In this document: piece by piece, positions 13,601-26,082 of the stretch | Numbering within the stretch: position 1 is the first letter of the stretch | Layout of the letters: the number at the start of each line of letters is the position of its first letter | DNA from: Azolla caroliniana | Taxonomy: Eukaryota; Plantae; Polypodiophyta | Assembly (NCBI GenBank): GCA_043228905.1 | Contig: JBHGNT010000001.1 | Location: 24,490,001 to 24,554,000, forward strand | Direction: 5' to 3' | DNA length: 64,000 nt | The notes under the pieces: model-generated | What the model was told of the DNA's origin: nothing | Seen by the model: only the letters and a program-made list of their open reading frames with translations | Database searches by the model: none | Position numbers and translations under genes: made by a program

Positions 13601-13999
13601 TCCGACCCCCACCATATCGCACGTCCACCGGTACGTGCCAAGTTTGGAGAAGGGTGAGAGATTCCGGCCGGTGAAGAACCGGTCTTCCGTAATCCGCATT
13701 CCGGCTGCCGCGTTGGCCTCGCCGGTCCCAACCGTTGGCTCCAGTTCCTTCTCTGCATTTGCCTCCTGTAGGCTTGTCCGACTCGTCGATAGGTCATTCG
13801 CCGCAATCCCATAGTGCACGTGCTTCTCCGTTGGCCCTTCTTTGGACTGCATGCACACTTCTCGTTCCTTCGGATACGTGGTGTTCTCCGTCTGAGGAGC
13901 ACCCGTGATGGCCCACTTGGCCTTCGTCGACCTTCGCGTCATCCCGATTCTCATTCCCTGCTGATCTCCACCGCCTTGGCCCCTTCACCACCACCTACC

Positions 14000-16075
14000 T
14001 TCTCCTTGGTCTTACGTTGCCAGTGTGGAGGATCCCTCTCCAGCCTTCTATGTGAGATCACCTTGGACCAGCAACCCATATTCGCACCTGTACTCCCGCT
14101 TTGGCACCTCCGTGTGTTGTGCATCCCCTCTGCTCCAGTTCGGCACCGCCTGTGCCGAACTCTGATCACCTCCCACGCACCCGTCGTCGGTCTTCGCCCG
14201 ACCAGATTGTGCATGGTTGCTTCTCCGCACACCGGTGTCCTCCGTGCACGAGGAACATCCCCTTGTAGCCCGCTTGACCACTTTCGTCTTGCGCTGTTGC
14301 CATCGGTTTAAAGCCTTCCTCTTGCCGTCGTCCCCTCGCCCCCACCATCTTGTTATCTCGGGTTTGGCCGGCCACGCCAGTCGTTGCCACTGTGACTGAG
14401 CCGTCGGGATCTCCGAAGTGGGTGTGGAGGATCCTTCTCTGGCCCTAGATCTTGTTTCTGGTCTCCATCCTTCGTAGTCTATTTACGCGCGCCCGTGCTC
14501 TCGTTCCCGGCACCGCCATGTGCCATCTTCCACCTTGTTCGGCATTGCCTGTGCCGAACGTCGTCCCGTGCCCGTGCTTTGCTTTGTTCCTCAATGGCCC
14601 CACGCATGTCTTCTGATTTGCTTTCGGGTGTGCCCTTTCCCGGCTCAACACACTACACCTTAACCGAGTGTCCCCGACAGCTTACCGGAAGATCACTCTT
14701 CCCGCGTCTCGGCCCGCATGGCCTGCTCCGTTCACGTAACGCCTTCGCTAGTCGGTGCTTCTAGTGTTGCCGCCTTCGTCCCCTTGCCACCACCTTCCAT
14801 TACCCTTGGTCTCACGGTACCACGTCGGCTGAACTGTCGGGGTCTCCGGATAGGTGTGAAGGATCCTTCTTGGGCCTCCGATTTGTGTACCAAGCGCGTC
14901 CAATCTTTGTCTTGCTGGCTCTGTCGGTCGGGTACGTATCCGGTTTGTGGCCACCTCACCGGCCTCATACCTCCTTTCGCTCTGCTTTCCGTTGTCCAAT
15001 CATGTTCTCTTGCTGCCCCCGTCCTTCTCTCTAGGTCTCACGCCGGCTCTTGGGCCGATCGTCGGAGTCTCCGGATCGGTGTGAGTGTCTTCGTGGGACC
15101 TCCCTTTTGCCGTCTTTGGTTGCCCGCCTTGCCGCCGCCACTGTTCACTACTCTAGGTCTCATGCCGGCTCTCGGGCCAACCGCTGGAGTCTCCAGACCT
15201 GGTGTGTGTAAGGTCGCGGCAACACCACTTGCCGTTTTTCTACTTTCCATCGTCCAATCATGTTCACTTGCTGCCACCATCCTTCTCTCTAGGTCTCACG
15301 CCGGCTCTCGGGCTGACCGCTGGATCGGTGTGAGGATCTCTGTAGACCGCCCATCTACAACCCTTTGCCTCTGTCCCATCGCCGCCACCGTTCATCACTC
15401 TAGGTCTCACGCCAGCTCTCGGGCCGACCGTCAGAGTCTCTAGAACCGGTGTCAAGGATCCTCCTCGGGCTTGTCGTTTTTTGGACCCTTATCCTGGGTC
15501 TTCCTTCTTCGCAAGTCGAGAGGGTGGCTCGCTCCACACCCTCTCCCGTGGTACCGATGTACCGTGTTCCCGGCCTCTTCGTAGGCCTGCTCTCTCCTCC
15601 CTCTCGGATCGGTTATCTGGAAGTCTGCTCCGCCCGGTTCTCGTCCGGGTCCGTCTGTCACTCTCTGGATTGCCGGGTCCTGTTCTCCTACCGCCACCGT
15701 TAGTATCTTGGTCTTAGGTCAGATCCGATGCTAACCGTCGCAGTCTCTAGCCCGGTGTGAGGTGACCCATAGGACCAGTCTTCGTTCTTCGCTTCGTCCC
15801 TTGTACTTCTCCCGAACTCGTCATCGCTCTCCTGTTGAGCTCCCGCCTCCATCTACCATCTCTTTCAGTCTCATGTTGCCACGTCGGCCGAACTGCCGAA
15901 GTCTTTGGTCAAGATGTGGGGATACCGATTTCGTAACGACTCCCGATAACTCGTCCGGTGCCACCGACCCTTTTAGTGGTGTCGGTGGAAAGCATCCGCT
16001 CTATGATCGATCAAGCCCTGCCTGGGCTTGACTCTCCAATGTCCGGAGTTTCAGCTCCGATGGTGATCCTGCCGG
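14000..16075. repeat. Degenerate dispersed/tandem ~65-bp repeats in the B1 internal region
   Basis: ctaggtctcacgccggctctcgggccgaccgtcggagtctccggatcggtgtgaggatc-like units near 14010, 14390, 14805, 15030, 15153, 15289, 15400, 15710, 15865. Confidence 0.7.
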
Positions 16076-16449
16076 ACTCATTATGTACCCTCGATCATCT
16101 TCCTTTCGATTCCCGACCTTTGCCCGGTCAGTCTTTCTCCCCGCTTGGCCTCTGGCTCGACCACGTCCGTCTCGTCCGCGCGCCCCCTTCCCGCTGTGAT
16201 GTCGTGCCATCGCACGCCACCTTCGTTGCGCTTCGGGGTCACCACGCTTTGTGAGCTGCTCGGAGCTCCTCCTCTTTATGCTGGACGGTCGAGCCTTCAG
16301 TGAAACTCGTGGGACTCCGTCCCCGTTGTAACGGTCAACTTCTTTGACCTCGCCCATCTCGATGCGCCGCTTCTCGACTCTCCTCCTCAAAGTCTTCAGC
16401 CTCGAGCTCCATCCTCTCTTGCCGCCCTTCACGTTGGGTTCACCAAATA

Positions 16450-17362
16450 TGTCGCAGAATTCCGCACTTGCATGTCGGATCCGGTCAGGACTTGACCCTG
16501 TTAACCGCGCCTGCACACACGCACACACATATACACACCCGGTTACAACCGACACCTCTACACCGGCGACCACACACACACCCGCTCTCGGACCCTACGC
16601 CAAGCGGAGACATACACACACCTAGACACGCAATGCTTGCTGCGATGCTAGTTCCACATGGAGAGGAAGAGGGAGCTTGCAGCCTAGGGCCGGTCGGGGA
16701 GCTCTCGGGCTCGTCCGCGCACCGGGACCCTCGTGCAGGGCACACCTATTCCAGAACGACCGCCTCCTGTGCCAAGACGCCTTCAGGGAGCGCACGGGCT
16801 CACTGAACCACTTAGCGCGCGGGCTCTGCATAAGCGGTAGGAGCCAACACCTACACACACACTCGCAGACATGCCGAACAACGGAGTGCTGAGAGCCAAT
16901 GAGCAGGAAGTCGGGGAAAGCACAGATAGTCCGCACGCCGCCTTCCACAACCGAACACACCACCTACACACGGACACAGAAGACACCGAAACCCTAACAG
17001 AGAATAGAGACAACACACACACCAAGATGAAGAGAAGACAGAAAAGACATTATGCTCCGAAGTTATTAACACCAAAAAAAATGGAACCTATGGAACCTCA
17101 AAATGAGAAACAAAACTATTTGGGACCCAACGGGTGGGAACCCTTGTACAAGAAGCGCACCCTCCCTTTTATAGAACAAGGTTAGGGTCATGTGATTATG
17201 TGGGATAAATCCCGACTTACATGGGATTCTCTATCCCAAATTGACGCCATAAAGGCACCTGTATTGTTCACACGTTTTTACAAGGGTGAGTGCACATGCT
17301 CCACCCCGCTGATTCTTCCGACACTCCCCGGTTTCTCACCATGGCCCGGAATCTTCACGACA
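16450..17362 (-). repeat. B1 5' LTR (shorter, with internal deletions)
   Basis: Direct repeat of 12438-13600, next to the PBS. Confidence 0.9.
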
Positions 17363-18183
17363 GCGAGACCACCTCGAACTTCTTCGTCATCTCTTCAATG
17401 ATGTCATCATCAATATTCTTTTCTTCCGAGTTGCTTTGTTTGGGCAGCTCAACCACTTTTGGTTGTCTCATTTTCTCCCCGCTCAATCCTGCCAAGTTAG
17501 TGTCATCAACCCATTGACGATGCTTGTCTAGCTTGTTGCACGCTGGCTTCACCGCAAGCCAGTTTGCCACAAGCCCGGTCACTTGGGTGCCACCTTCGAG
17601 GAGAGTTCTCAGTTCTCGTCTATCCTTCATATCCATAACTTTTAGGAAGTACAAAGTCTTGTAATCCTTAAGTAGCACTTGGTCCGTTGCGGGGAGACGA
17701 CTAAACATCTGGTCGAACTCGTCGTACACACTCGAGGCGCTCATCTTCTTATTCTTCTTCTCCATCCACATCAGCAATACATGTAGAGTCATCCTCGACA
17801 AATCTTCCATCATGAACTCCGCTAATATTGCTTTCTCGAACTCGGTCCATGTTGTCTTCCCTTCTTGAAGCTTAATGACCCGTCTTTGGATGTTGTTGGT
17901 GACAATTCTCTTGAAATTTGAGATTTGACGTGCTTCAGACACATCCCTCGGATTCATCTCTGTTTTGTATGCATCAAGGAACTTTGTAATGATCCTTCCA
18001 TCAAATTGACCCTCGATCTCCACGACACGTTGACGGCCTTCTCCACGCTCGCATCGTTGTCCCGAGATCTCATCATTTGTTCGACGATTACCATCATCCT
18101 TTCGAACTCTCCCGCTTGATTGCTTGAGGATGCCATCTCCAAGTATCGGTTGATCTTCGTCTTGATCCTTCCTAGCGCTTCTT

Positions 18184-18199
18184 CACATCGGGTTCACCA
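18184..18199 (-). promoter_or_regulatory. Primer binding site, tRNA-Trp (P1)
   Basis: Minus strand tggtgaacccgatgtg is complementary to the plant tRNA-Trp 3' end (...cacgtcgggttcacca), one mismatch. Confidence 0.85.
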
Positions 18200-18206
18200 A
18201 GAAAGA

Positions 18207-19016
18207 TGTCGAGGAAATCCTCGCGTTTTCGTGAAATGAAGCGAAACCACCGGGGTCCTGGACCGGAAAGATTCGAAGTTTGTACTAGCTTTAGCGAGAA
18301 GTATTTAAGATAGAGAGAGAGAGAGATTGAGAGACATAGATTCCAGTTATAAGACAGATTGAAAGAGAAGATACCAGTTATGAGATAGATTGAGAGAGAA
18401 GATATATCACCAATAAGATAGTTAGATTTTTTTTATTAGAAGTTTTCTCATTCGATACATATCTTCCTTGATTCTTTTTTCTCTACTCTTTTATAGATGC
18501 CCCCAAGAATATGATGCATGTCAAGGTGCAAGACATGCGATGCGACGCATGTTTGCCACTTGGCGCTCATGCATTACATGTGATGCATGATGTCCATGTC
18601 TCTCATCAAAGCACCATGTATGAGAATTTACATGTGAAGAATATAATGGAAAATACAATTTTTAAAGAAATGACTTGGCTTAGTGGTAAGTCAATTGTGT
18701 TATGCAAGATTGTCCCTCCTTGTGGGGGTGTCAGCCGGAAAGTCGAAACGAGAGTCGATTGGCCGAAATTGACCAAAACAAGTTGAAATGGGATTTGGTT
18801 GAATGAAAGTCTGCCGAATACACACATACATATATATACATAGTCATATATATATGTGAGATAAGTTGGTATATATATAGAGAGAGTCATATTAGTTGCA
18901 TATATATGTGGGATAACTCACTGAGGAAAAATAGTAAGAGAAGCACAAAAGTGAACCCTTCTCGATTTTCTCCTTTCCACGTGATTTTCACACCATTGCT
19001 GAAAAACTTCATGACA
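18207..19016 (-). repeat. P1 5' LTR
   Basis: tgtcgagg...cttcatgaca; same terminus as the B and P2 LTRs; G2 integrase resumes at 19017. Confidence 0.75.
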
Positions 19017-19239
19017 ACGTGCCCCAATCGATGTCACAATTCATCGTGATACATTAGACAATACACTCAAATTTTTTGTAAGACATGAACCAAATGTTGC
19101 ATATTGCCAAAGAAAATGTCAAGACAACTCAAGATCGTGCTCTATTTTATGCTAATCAGGATAGACGTCCTCGTACATTTACTTTTGGTGAAAAAGTTTT
19201 TTTGCGTGTCCCTACTGACTCTACGTCATTGTCTATGGG

Positions 19240-22200
19240 TGTAAAAAGTAGCGTGCGGAAGCAAGTATGAAGACCGAACAGAAGGCAGAAAACTCACGTT
19301 TAATGGAGAGCTTGAGCTTACGCAGTATACGCGGGAGAGACAGAGAGAGTGAGAGAGAGAGAACACAAGAACTATATTCAACAAAAGTACTCAATCTCTA
19401 TTCACCACACTATACATATGTGTGTTCAATGAACACTTTTATACAAGTCCTAGAAGGACTGACAGTACTTCAATGCTCATTAAGAGCTCCTACACTAACT
19501 CCCAAATATATTTTTCACGGAATATCTTTCCTAACGGCCTCCCGGTTTACGCACCGATCCGGCCCTACCTACGCACCGGTCTGCGTATCGGTTTACGCAC
19601 TCGGCCTAACCGTTCGGTCCCAATCGATCCGGTCCTCGGCTTCTTCAGCCGATCCGGCCGATGTTGAGCTTGTCTCTCAACACTCCCCCTCAAGCTCAAC
19701 TTGAGGCTCTTCGGGATCTTCGGGCTCACAACTCTCGTTCCTCCTGGCTTCACGCCTCGCTCGCGCTCCTCGACCTGTTCGACTCTGCGTGCTTCGACCC
19801 TTCCGGTCGGCTTGTGTGGTCATGTGGCCCTTATAAGCTCTTCTGTTGTTGCGGTGTTGACGCTTCTCCTGCTGCCTTTTCTTCCGCTTGGGCCTTGGTT
19901 CATTTAGCGTATCTGAATCAAACATTCGAACCGACTCGGCTACCTCCGATCGGTTTTCGCTCTCATCTGAGTTGGCTGTCTCCAACTTGTCTTCGGTCTT
20001 CTTGCCCTCGATGGCATCATCTTCCCCATGCGTGGTTGGCTTTGGCTCTCTCCTTTGGCTGCTCCCCTTCTGTCCGCTTCCGGACTTTTCCGGAGGTCCG
20101 CCCTCGGCTTCTTCAGCCGATCCGAAGTTGAACTCGACAACCGAGTCAACCGACTCGGTGTTGCAGTCTCTGCTCTTTTCCCGCTGCCTTGCTTGGTCGT
20201 TCGGAACTGTTCTCCCCCTCAAGTTTTGCACGTCGAGGTGACGCAATCCGAGCGCACCTGAGAATTGCGGCAACTTGTCCAGACCAAGAGGCTTGGTGAA
20301 GATGTCGGTAGTCTGCCGATCCGTCAGAACGTACTGAAGTTCGACTTCATCGGAAAGGACACGCTCACGGATGAAATGGTTGTGCACCTCAATGTGCTTA
20401 GTCTATGCGTGGAAAACGGGGTTTTTCGCGAGCTGGATGCTGCTGAGGTTGTCGTAGTAGATCGTCGTCGGATCTGACACCTCCTCTTGCAGGTCCTTAA
20501 GTAGCCGCTTCAACCATATGGCTTCGCATGTCGCGACAGCCGCTCCACGGTACTCAGCTTCGGTGCTCGACAGTGCAATTGTCGGCTGCTTCTTACTGCT
20601 CCACGCGATCGCGGCACTCCCGAGGGAGAACGTGTATCTGGACGTGGATCGGCGATCGGCGGCGTTGCCAGCCCAATCAGCATCGGTGTAGCCAACTAAC
20701 TGCGCGGCTGCACCGGTCCGATATAGCAGTCCCCGGTCCTTAGTGTCGTTGACATACCGAAGTATGCGTTGCGCACACTGAAGGTGCTCCTCGGTAGGTC
20801 GCGCCATGAACTGACTGATCACTCCGACTGGATAACTGAGGTCGGGTCGGGTGATGGTCAAGTATATGAGGCTTCCGACAATTTGTCGGAACCTCGTCGG
20901 GTCGCATACCTTTCCCGTATCGGGACGAAGCTTGACGGTTCTGTCCAGAGGAGTCGAGACGGACTTATAGTCGGCCATCTTGAATTCGAAGAGCATACTC
21001 AGCACGTAATGACGTTGGCTGATCAATATGCCTTCGGGGGTACGGATCACTTCGATCCCGAGGAAGTAATGAAGGTCCTCCAGATCCTTCATGTCGAACG
21101 ATGCCGCAAGTTGGAGCTTCACGCGGTCGATTTCACCTAGGTCGGCGTCGGTGATGACCAAGTCATCAACATATAGTAAAATACTAACCGGTCCGAGTCG
21201 ACCTTTCTGGATGAATAGGGAAGAGTCCGATTTTGACGTGACGAAGCCCATCCGACGTAGTTGTTGCGTGATCTTCGCGTTCCAGGCACGCGGGGCTTGC
21301 TTCAGTCCGTAAAGGGACTTCTTCAGTCGGCATACTACTGAGGAGTTCGTTCCGGAGTGAAAACCGGGGGGCTGTACCATGTACACTTGTTCCTCAAGGT
21401 CACCTTGCAGGAACACATTCTTTACATCCATCTGATGTAAGTGCCACCCCTTCACCGCAGCTACTGCGAGCAAAACACGGACAGTCGTCATTTTCGCGAC
21501 CGGCGCAAATGTCTCATCGTAGTCGATGCCGTGTTTCTGCGTGTAGCCCTTTGTCACTAGCCGAGCCTTGTACCGGTTGACCGAGCCATCGGTGTTGTAC
21601 TTGACCTTGTACACCCATCTACACCCGATCGGTTTTACCCCTCTTGGTGCGTCAACCAGGTCCTAGGTCTCGTTCTCCGCCAATGCGTGCATCTCTTCCT
21701 CCATCGCGGCACGCCAATTCGCGTCTTTAGCCGCTTCTGCGTAGCTCTCCGGCTCACGCACTTCCGCTACACGGGCCATGTACGCATAATGATGCACCAT
21801 GTACTCGTTGTATCCGAACCGCAAAACAGGATTCTTCTTGCGGGTAGATCGGTGTAATCTCACATTAGCCGATGTCGAGGCCTTCTTGGTCGACACGGAC
21901 TTCACCTTTAAAGACCCGTCACCGGTTCCCTCGGAGTCGGACTTGCGTCGGTCTGACTCGTTCCTATCCGTGCCGGAATCCGACACCTTCTTCTTCCCTT
22001 TCTCTTTGCGCGTAAGCCGTCTCCTCGGCTTCCTGCGCGGGGAATGCACGGCCGAGTCTCCACTACTCGCCGGCTCTTCATCGGACTGGTCGTACTGACT
22101 CAGTCATCCAATCGGTCCACTTAAACGGAGTGAAATCGGACTCTCTTTGCGGGTCTCGATTTCGGGCTTATCCGGAGGCATCTCGGCCTCGCTGACCTCA

Positions 22201-24010
22201 TCGTTAGAGCACGGATTGGAGTCGGGGGCTGGTACCAGGACGTGGACTCGTCAAACACAACGTCGCGGCTAACATGCGCTTGTTTGGTGCGAGGGTTATA
22301 ACACTTATAACCCTTCTGCTCATCCGAGTAACCAAGCAAGATGCATTTCTCGGCCTTTGCGTCCAACTTCCTCCTTTTCTCCTTCGGTACATGCACATAC
22401 GCAATGCTACCGAACACCCTCAAGTGTCGCAAGTTCGGCTTCATTCCGAAATATAGCTCGTGCGCTGACACTTTGTCTCCGATTCGGTTCTGGGTGTATT
22501 CCGCGGTCCTTACCGCCTCGGCCCAGTAGAACTTGGGCAAGCTCTTCTCCTCCAGCATTGCCCGTGCCGCTTCCACAACTTACCGATTCATCCTCTCGGC
22601 CACGCCGTTCTGCTTCGGCGTGTATCTACAACTGAATTCGCGCCGAATTCCCATTTGTTGTAGATAACCATTGAATTGACCGGAAAAGTACTCTTTCCCG
22701 CCATCCGACCGCAGGCACTTGATCTTTCGTCCTGTTTCCGTTTCCACGAACCCTTTGAGGTCCCGGAAACAGTCGAAGACTTTGCTCTTCCTCTCAATGA
22801 GGTAGACCCACGTGTGCCGCGTGTGGTCGTTGATGAAGGAGACGAAATATCGGCTCCCGCCAAGACTAACGTTTTGTGCCAGCCCCCATACATCGGAGTG
22901 TATAAGGTCGAGCTTGTTCCGGCTCCGGTTTCGCTCGTTGGGGAAAGGAAGTCGGTGTTGCTTCCCGAGCTGGTAGGCTTCACAAATTTGTGCCTTTCGG
23001 CCACTAAATTTGGGCAATCCGAACACTACCTGTTTCGATTGTAGATCTTGAAGCCGTTGGTAGTTGATGTGGCCTATCCGCTTGTGCCACAAGTCGATGT
23101 CCGACTCGGATTTTTGTCCCTTCGCGAACATTGCAGTGCCACCGTCAGTGGAGTCGAGGATGAACTTCCTCCCATCTCTGCGCCCTTGCGCAATCACATG
23201 GCCTTCTTCCTCAATGAAGCACCCGAGGTGTGTAAACCGAACCTCCATCCCTTGGTCGACGATCTGTCCGACCGAGACCAAGTTCTTCGTGATTGTCGGA
23301 ACGTGCAACACGTTCATGAGTTTCCCTTTCTGCCCGACATGGCTTAGGGGAACTTCTCCGACATTCGTGATTGGATGCGGAGTGTCGTCTCCAGTTGCGA
23401 CTACTCCAGGTTATAGGAACAAGACGCGTAGTTGGTTCTGTTGAGCTTCTCTGTTGGAAGCAAGCTCGCCATGCCTCTATCCATCGTTCTTCTTGTTCTT
23501 CTTCGTCAAGCTGTGTGGACTGCAGAGAGGTTCTCAACCCTCGCACTCTGATACCATGTAAAAAGTAGCGTGCGGAAGCAAGTATGAAGACCGAACAGAA
23601 GGCAGAAAACTCAGGTTTAATGGAGAGCTTGAGCTTACGTAGTATACGCGGGAGAGACAGAGAGAGTGAGAGAGAGAGAACACAAGAACTATATTCAACA
23701 AAAGTACTCAATCTCTATTCACCACACTATACATATGTGTGTTCAATGAACACTTTTATACAAGTCCTAGAAGGACTGATAGAAGTATTGACAGTACTTC
23801 AATGCTCATTAAGATCTCCTACACTAACTCCCAAATATATTTATCACGGAATATCTTTCCTAACAGCCTCCCGGTTACGCACCGATCCGGCCCTACCTAC
23901 GCACCGGTCTGCGTACCGGTTTACGCATTCGGCCTAACCGATCGGTCCCAACCGATCCGGTCGTTGGCTTCTTCAGTCAATCCGGCCGATGTTGAGCTTG
24001 TCTCTCAACA
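19240..24010 (-). mobile_element. C1: Copia with gag/PR deletion; TSD ATGGG
   Basis: LTRs 19240-19682 and 23557-24010; ATGGG on both sides; iMet PBS 23545-23556; PPT 19683-19694; INT 22121-23317; RT-RH 20403-21614. Confidence 0.96.
20403..21614 (-). pseudogene. C1 RT-RNase H (403-aa open segment)
   Basis: QMDVKNVFL, LYGLKQAPRAW, LLYVDDL, YTDADWAG, SSTEAEY. Confidence 0.92.
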
Positions 24011-24405
24011 ATGGGCAAGTGCGCTAAGTTAGCCCCACAATATTGTGGACCATTTGAAATCCTTAAGCGAGTTGGGTCATCTGCTTATCACCTTGCCTTA
24101 CCCCGTAACGTTGGTATTCATCATGGTTTTCACGTCAGTCACCTAAAACCATTTTTAGGCTCTAGTGAATACCATCACAATCCAAGATATTGTAACATTA
24201 GAGGATTTTTCTTACAAATATCATGTTCTTGAACTAATACTTGATTCTCGTACTAAACGTTTACGTTCTAAAGAGATTCGGCTATTCAAGATCAAATGGA
24301 TGGATAAACCTATTGTTGATGCCACATGGGAACGCAAGAATACTCTTAAGGCACAATTTCCTCACTTTATATTGAAAGAGTGCAATCTTTTGAAGTAGGG
24401 GAGTA

Positions 24406-25120
24406 TGTTATGTACACATAACGTAGGTGAGGGTAGGTCACTAATATTTACATAAAAGAAGGGTATGTTCACTAATGTTGAAAAGGGGACTAATGTGATT
24501 GGATAGAAGGAATGATAGGTGCATGCACTATCATGATTTGGACAACCAATGAATGGAGAGCCTTTTAAAAAGGTGCATCTATTCAAGGGGCCTAGGAAAA
24601 GGTATAAATATGAGGCTTAGCTACCTGCATAAACACATTACGTTGGAAGGCTGTTGTCTTAGACACCGGTGGTGTGGGCTGGGCTTTCGTCTCGACGATC
24701 CTGTTTAACTCTTCCAAGGTATTCGTCATCCTAATATCCGGCGGTATGGGACGTCGCTAGTAGGTTGGCTATGTGTAGATCATAACTCGGGGGTGGTCGG
24801 GTGGAACAGGTTCTTCTATCCAATCTATTTTCCTTATTTTACTTTAGTTTGGTCTATTGATTAGTAATAGACTCTTAACAGTGGTCTTTTGCTTCCTGCA
24901 GGTTGGTCTGTACTGAATTGACTAGACGACATACATTCTCCTTGTTCTCTTCTCGTAGTAGATGTAACTGGATGTGCCAAATTAATGTGTTGTCTTTGCG
25001 AACAACTGATAGACGCAATGGGTCGAACATTTTACTTCCTACAACATTCTATGAAGAAGATTGTGGTTGGAGATATGATATTTGTCGACACTAGTTCCTT
25101 ACTCAGAGCTTTATGTAACA
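24406..25120 (+). repeat. G2 3' LTR
   Basis: tgttatg after PPT, TATA at about 24603, plausible end atgtaaca; right boundary inferred. Confidence 0.65.
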
Positions 25121-26082
25121 ATGATCACAAAGAACCTAATTACTAGAATTAGAACATACGATCCTGATCGATTATTAGCTATAACATAATCTATGTAGCA
25201 AAGAATGTATTCGAACATCCGACACTATAAATAGATAGAAGATAATGATAGAAAAAAACAAGAACTCGACCACAACCGAGTCGAGTGCAGAATAGGGAAG
25301 CAAGCAGAAACATAGAGAGAATAGAAATGAAAGTACACAAGATATATCGTGGAAAACCCCAAATCGGGTAAAAAACCACGGGTGCCCACCGACACAGAAC
25401 AAATCACTATAAAAGAGATATACAACGAAATGAATACACAGGCATTGACCTGAGTTCGTTCACTTTGCCGACTGGCGGTTACAATAGAGACACTCTCACA
25501 CGCTTCTTTTGTTCTAGCTATGGAGGCAACGACCTCACACGCGGTGTACTCAGTTACACAAACAACTTACACTTTCTACAAAACTACAAGAGTGAATGAG
25601 ATGATTCAACTACTCTAATCACTGAACTAAAGTTTGCCCTAGTTATCTTTTTACTTAGATAACTTTCGGGCTATTTACATAGTTAGCCTAAACGAGCTTG
25701 AATCAAACCTATTTACATTTTCTGGATACTCATCCGGACTTCATCTGATTTCCGACCAGGTGCAACATTTTCCTTTATCATGAATTCAGCCCATCCAAAA
25801 GGGACATAATTCTCAACAAACTCCCCCTTCACTTCGGACGGGGCTTCACTAATCCAACCCGACTCCGACATGCTTCTAGCCTTTCTGCCCACAATACCTT
25901 TGTCAGCATGTCAGATCCATTCTCCAACTTGTGAATCTTCGTAAGAGCAAACTCCCCTTCTTCTACCCTCTCTCGGAGCCAATGATATCGCCTTTGGATG
26001 GGTTTGGTCCTTCAATGGTAGGCCGTATTCTTAGCAAGGTGGATGGCACTTTGTGTGGAGAATCGGAAGATTGCAGAAAAAT
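25121..26082 (-). mobile_element. A3: fragment of Tork-like Copia (partial 3' LTR to 25818, PPT, RNase H end)
   Basis: gtggaaaaccc...aaaaaccacggg LTR motif; tctcaaca followed by aactccccct PPT; QSAIHLAKN and GSDMLTK remnants. Confidence 0.8.

Larger units (their letters stand above)
12438..17362 (-). mobile_element. B1: non-autonomous (LARD-like) LTR element of the Trp-primed Gypsy group, inserted in P1 gag
   Basis: LTRs 12438-13600 and 16450-17362; Trp PBS cacgttgggttcacca 16430-16445; PPT-like tccgaccccca at 13601; no RT or INT motifs inside; removal rejoins P1 gag KKFEVVS|LVNINRRG. Confidence 0.88.
4900..19016 (-). mobile_element. P1: tRNA-Trp-primed non-chromovirus Gypsy (Phygy/Selgy-like), interrupted by A2 and B1 and cut at left by A1
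   Basis: RNase H pieces 4900-4990 and 9672-9900; RT 10206-11161 (LPQGATNS, FLDDI); PR about 11548-11900; CCHC knuckle CVWCDSMDHMRREC near 12350; gag 17363-18140; PBS cacatcgggttcacca 18184-18199; 5' LTR 18207-19016. Confidence 0.85.
19017..25120 (+). mobile_element. G2: 3' part of a Gypsy chromovirus (integrase C-terminus, chromodomain, 3' LTR), host of P1 and C1
   Basis: 19085-19239 joins 24016 as SLSMG|KCAKLAPQYCGPFEIL...FHVSHLKPF; chromodomain ILDSR...IKWMDKPIVDATWE; PPT near 24393-24405; LTR 24406 to about 25120. Confidence 0.85.

Noticed and set aside
14000-16075. Repeat-spacer pattern resembling CRISPR
   Set aside because: Units are long, degenerate and irregularly spaced, and some spacers are themselves duplicated.
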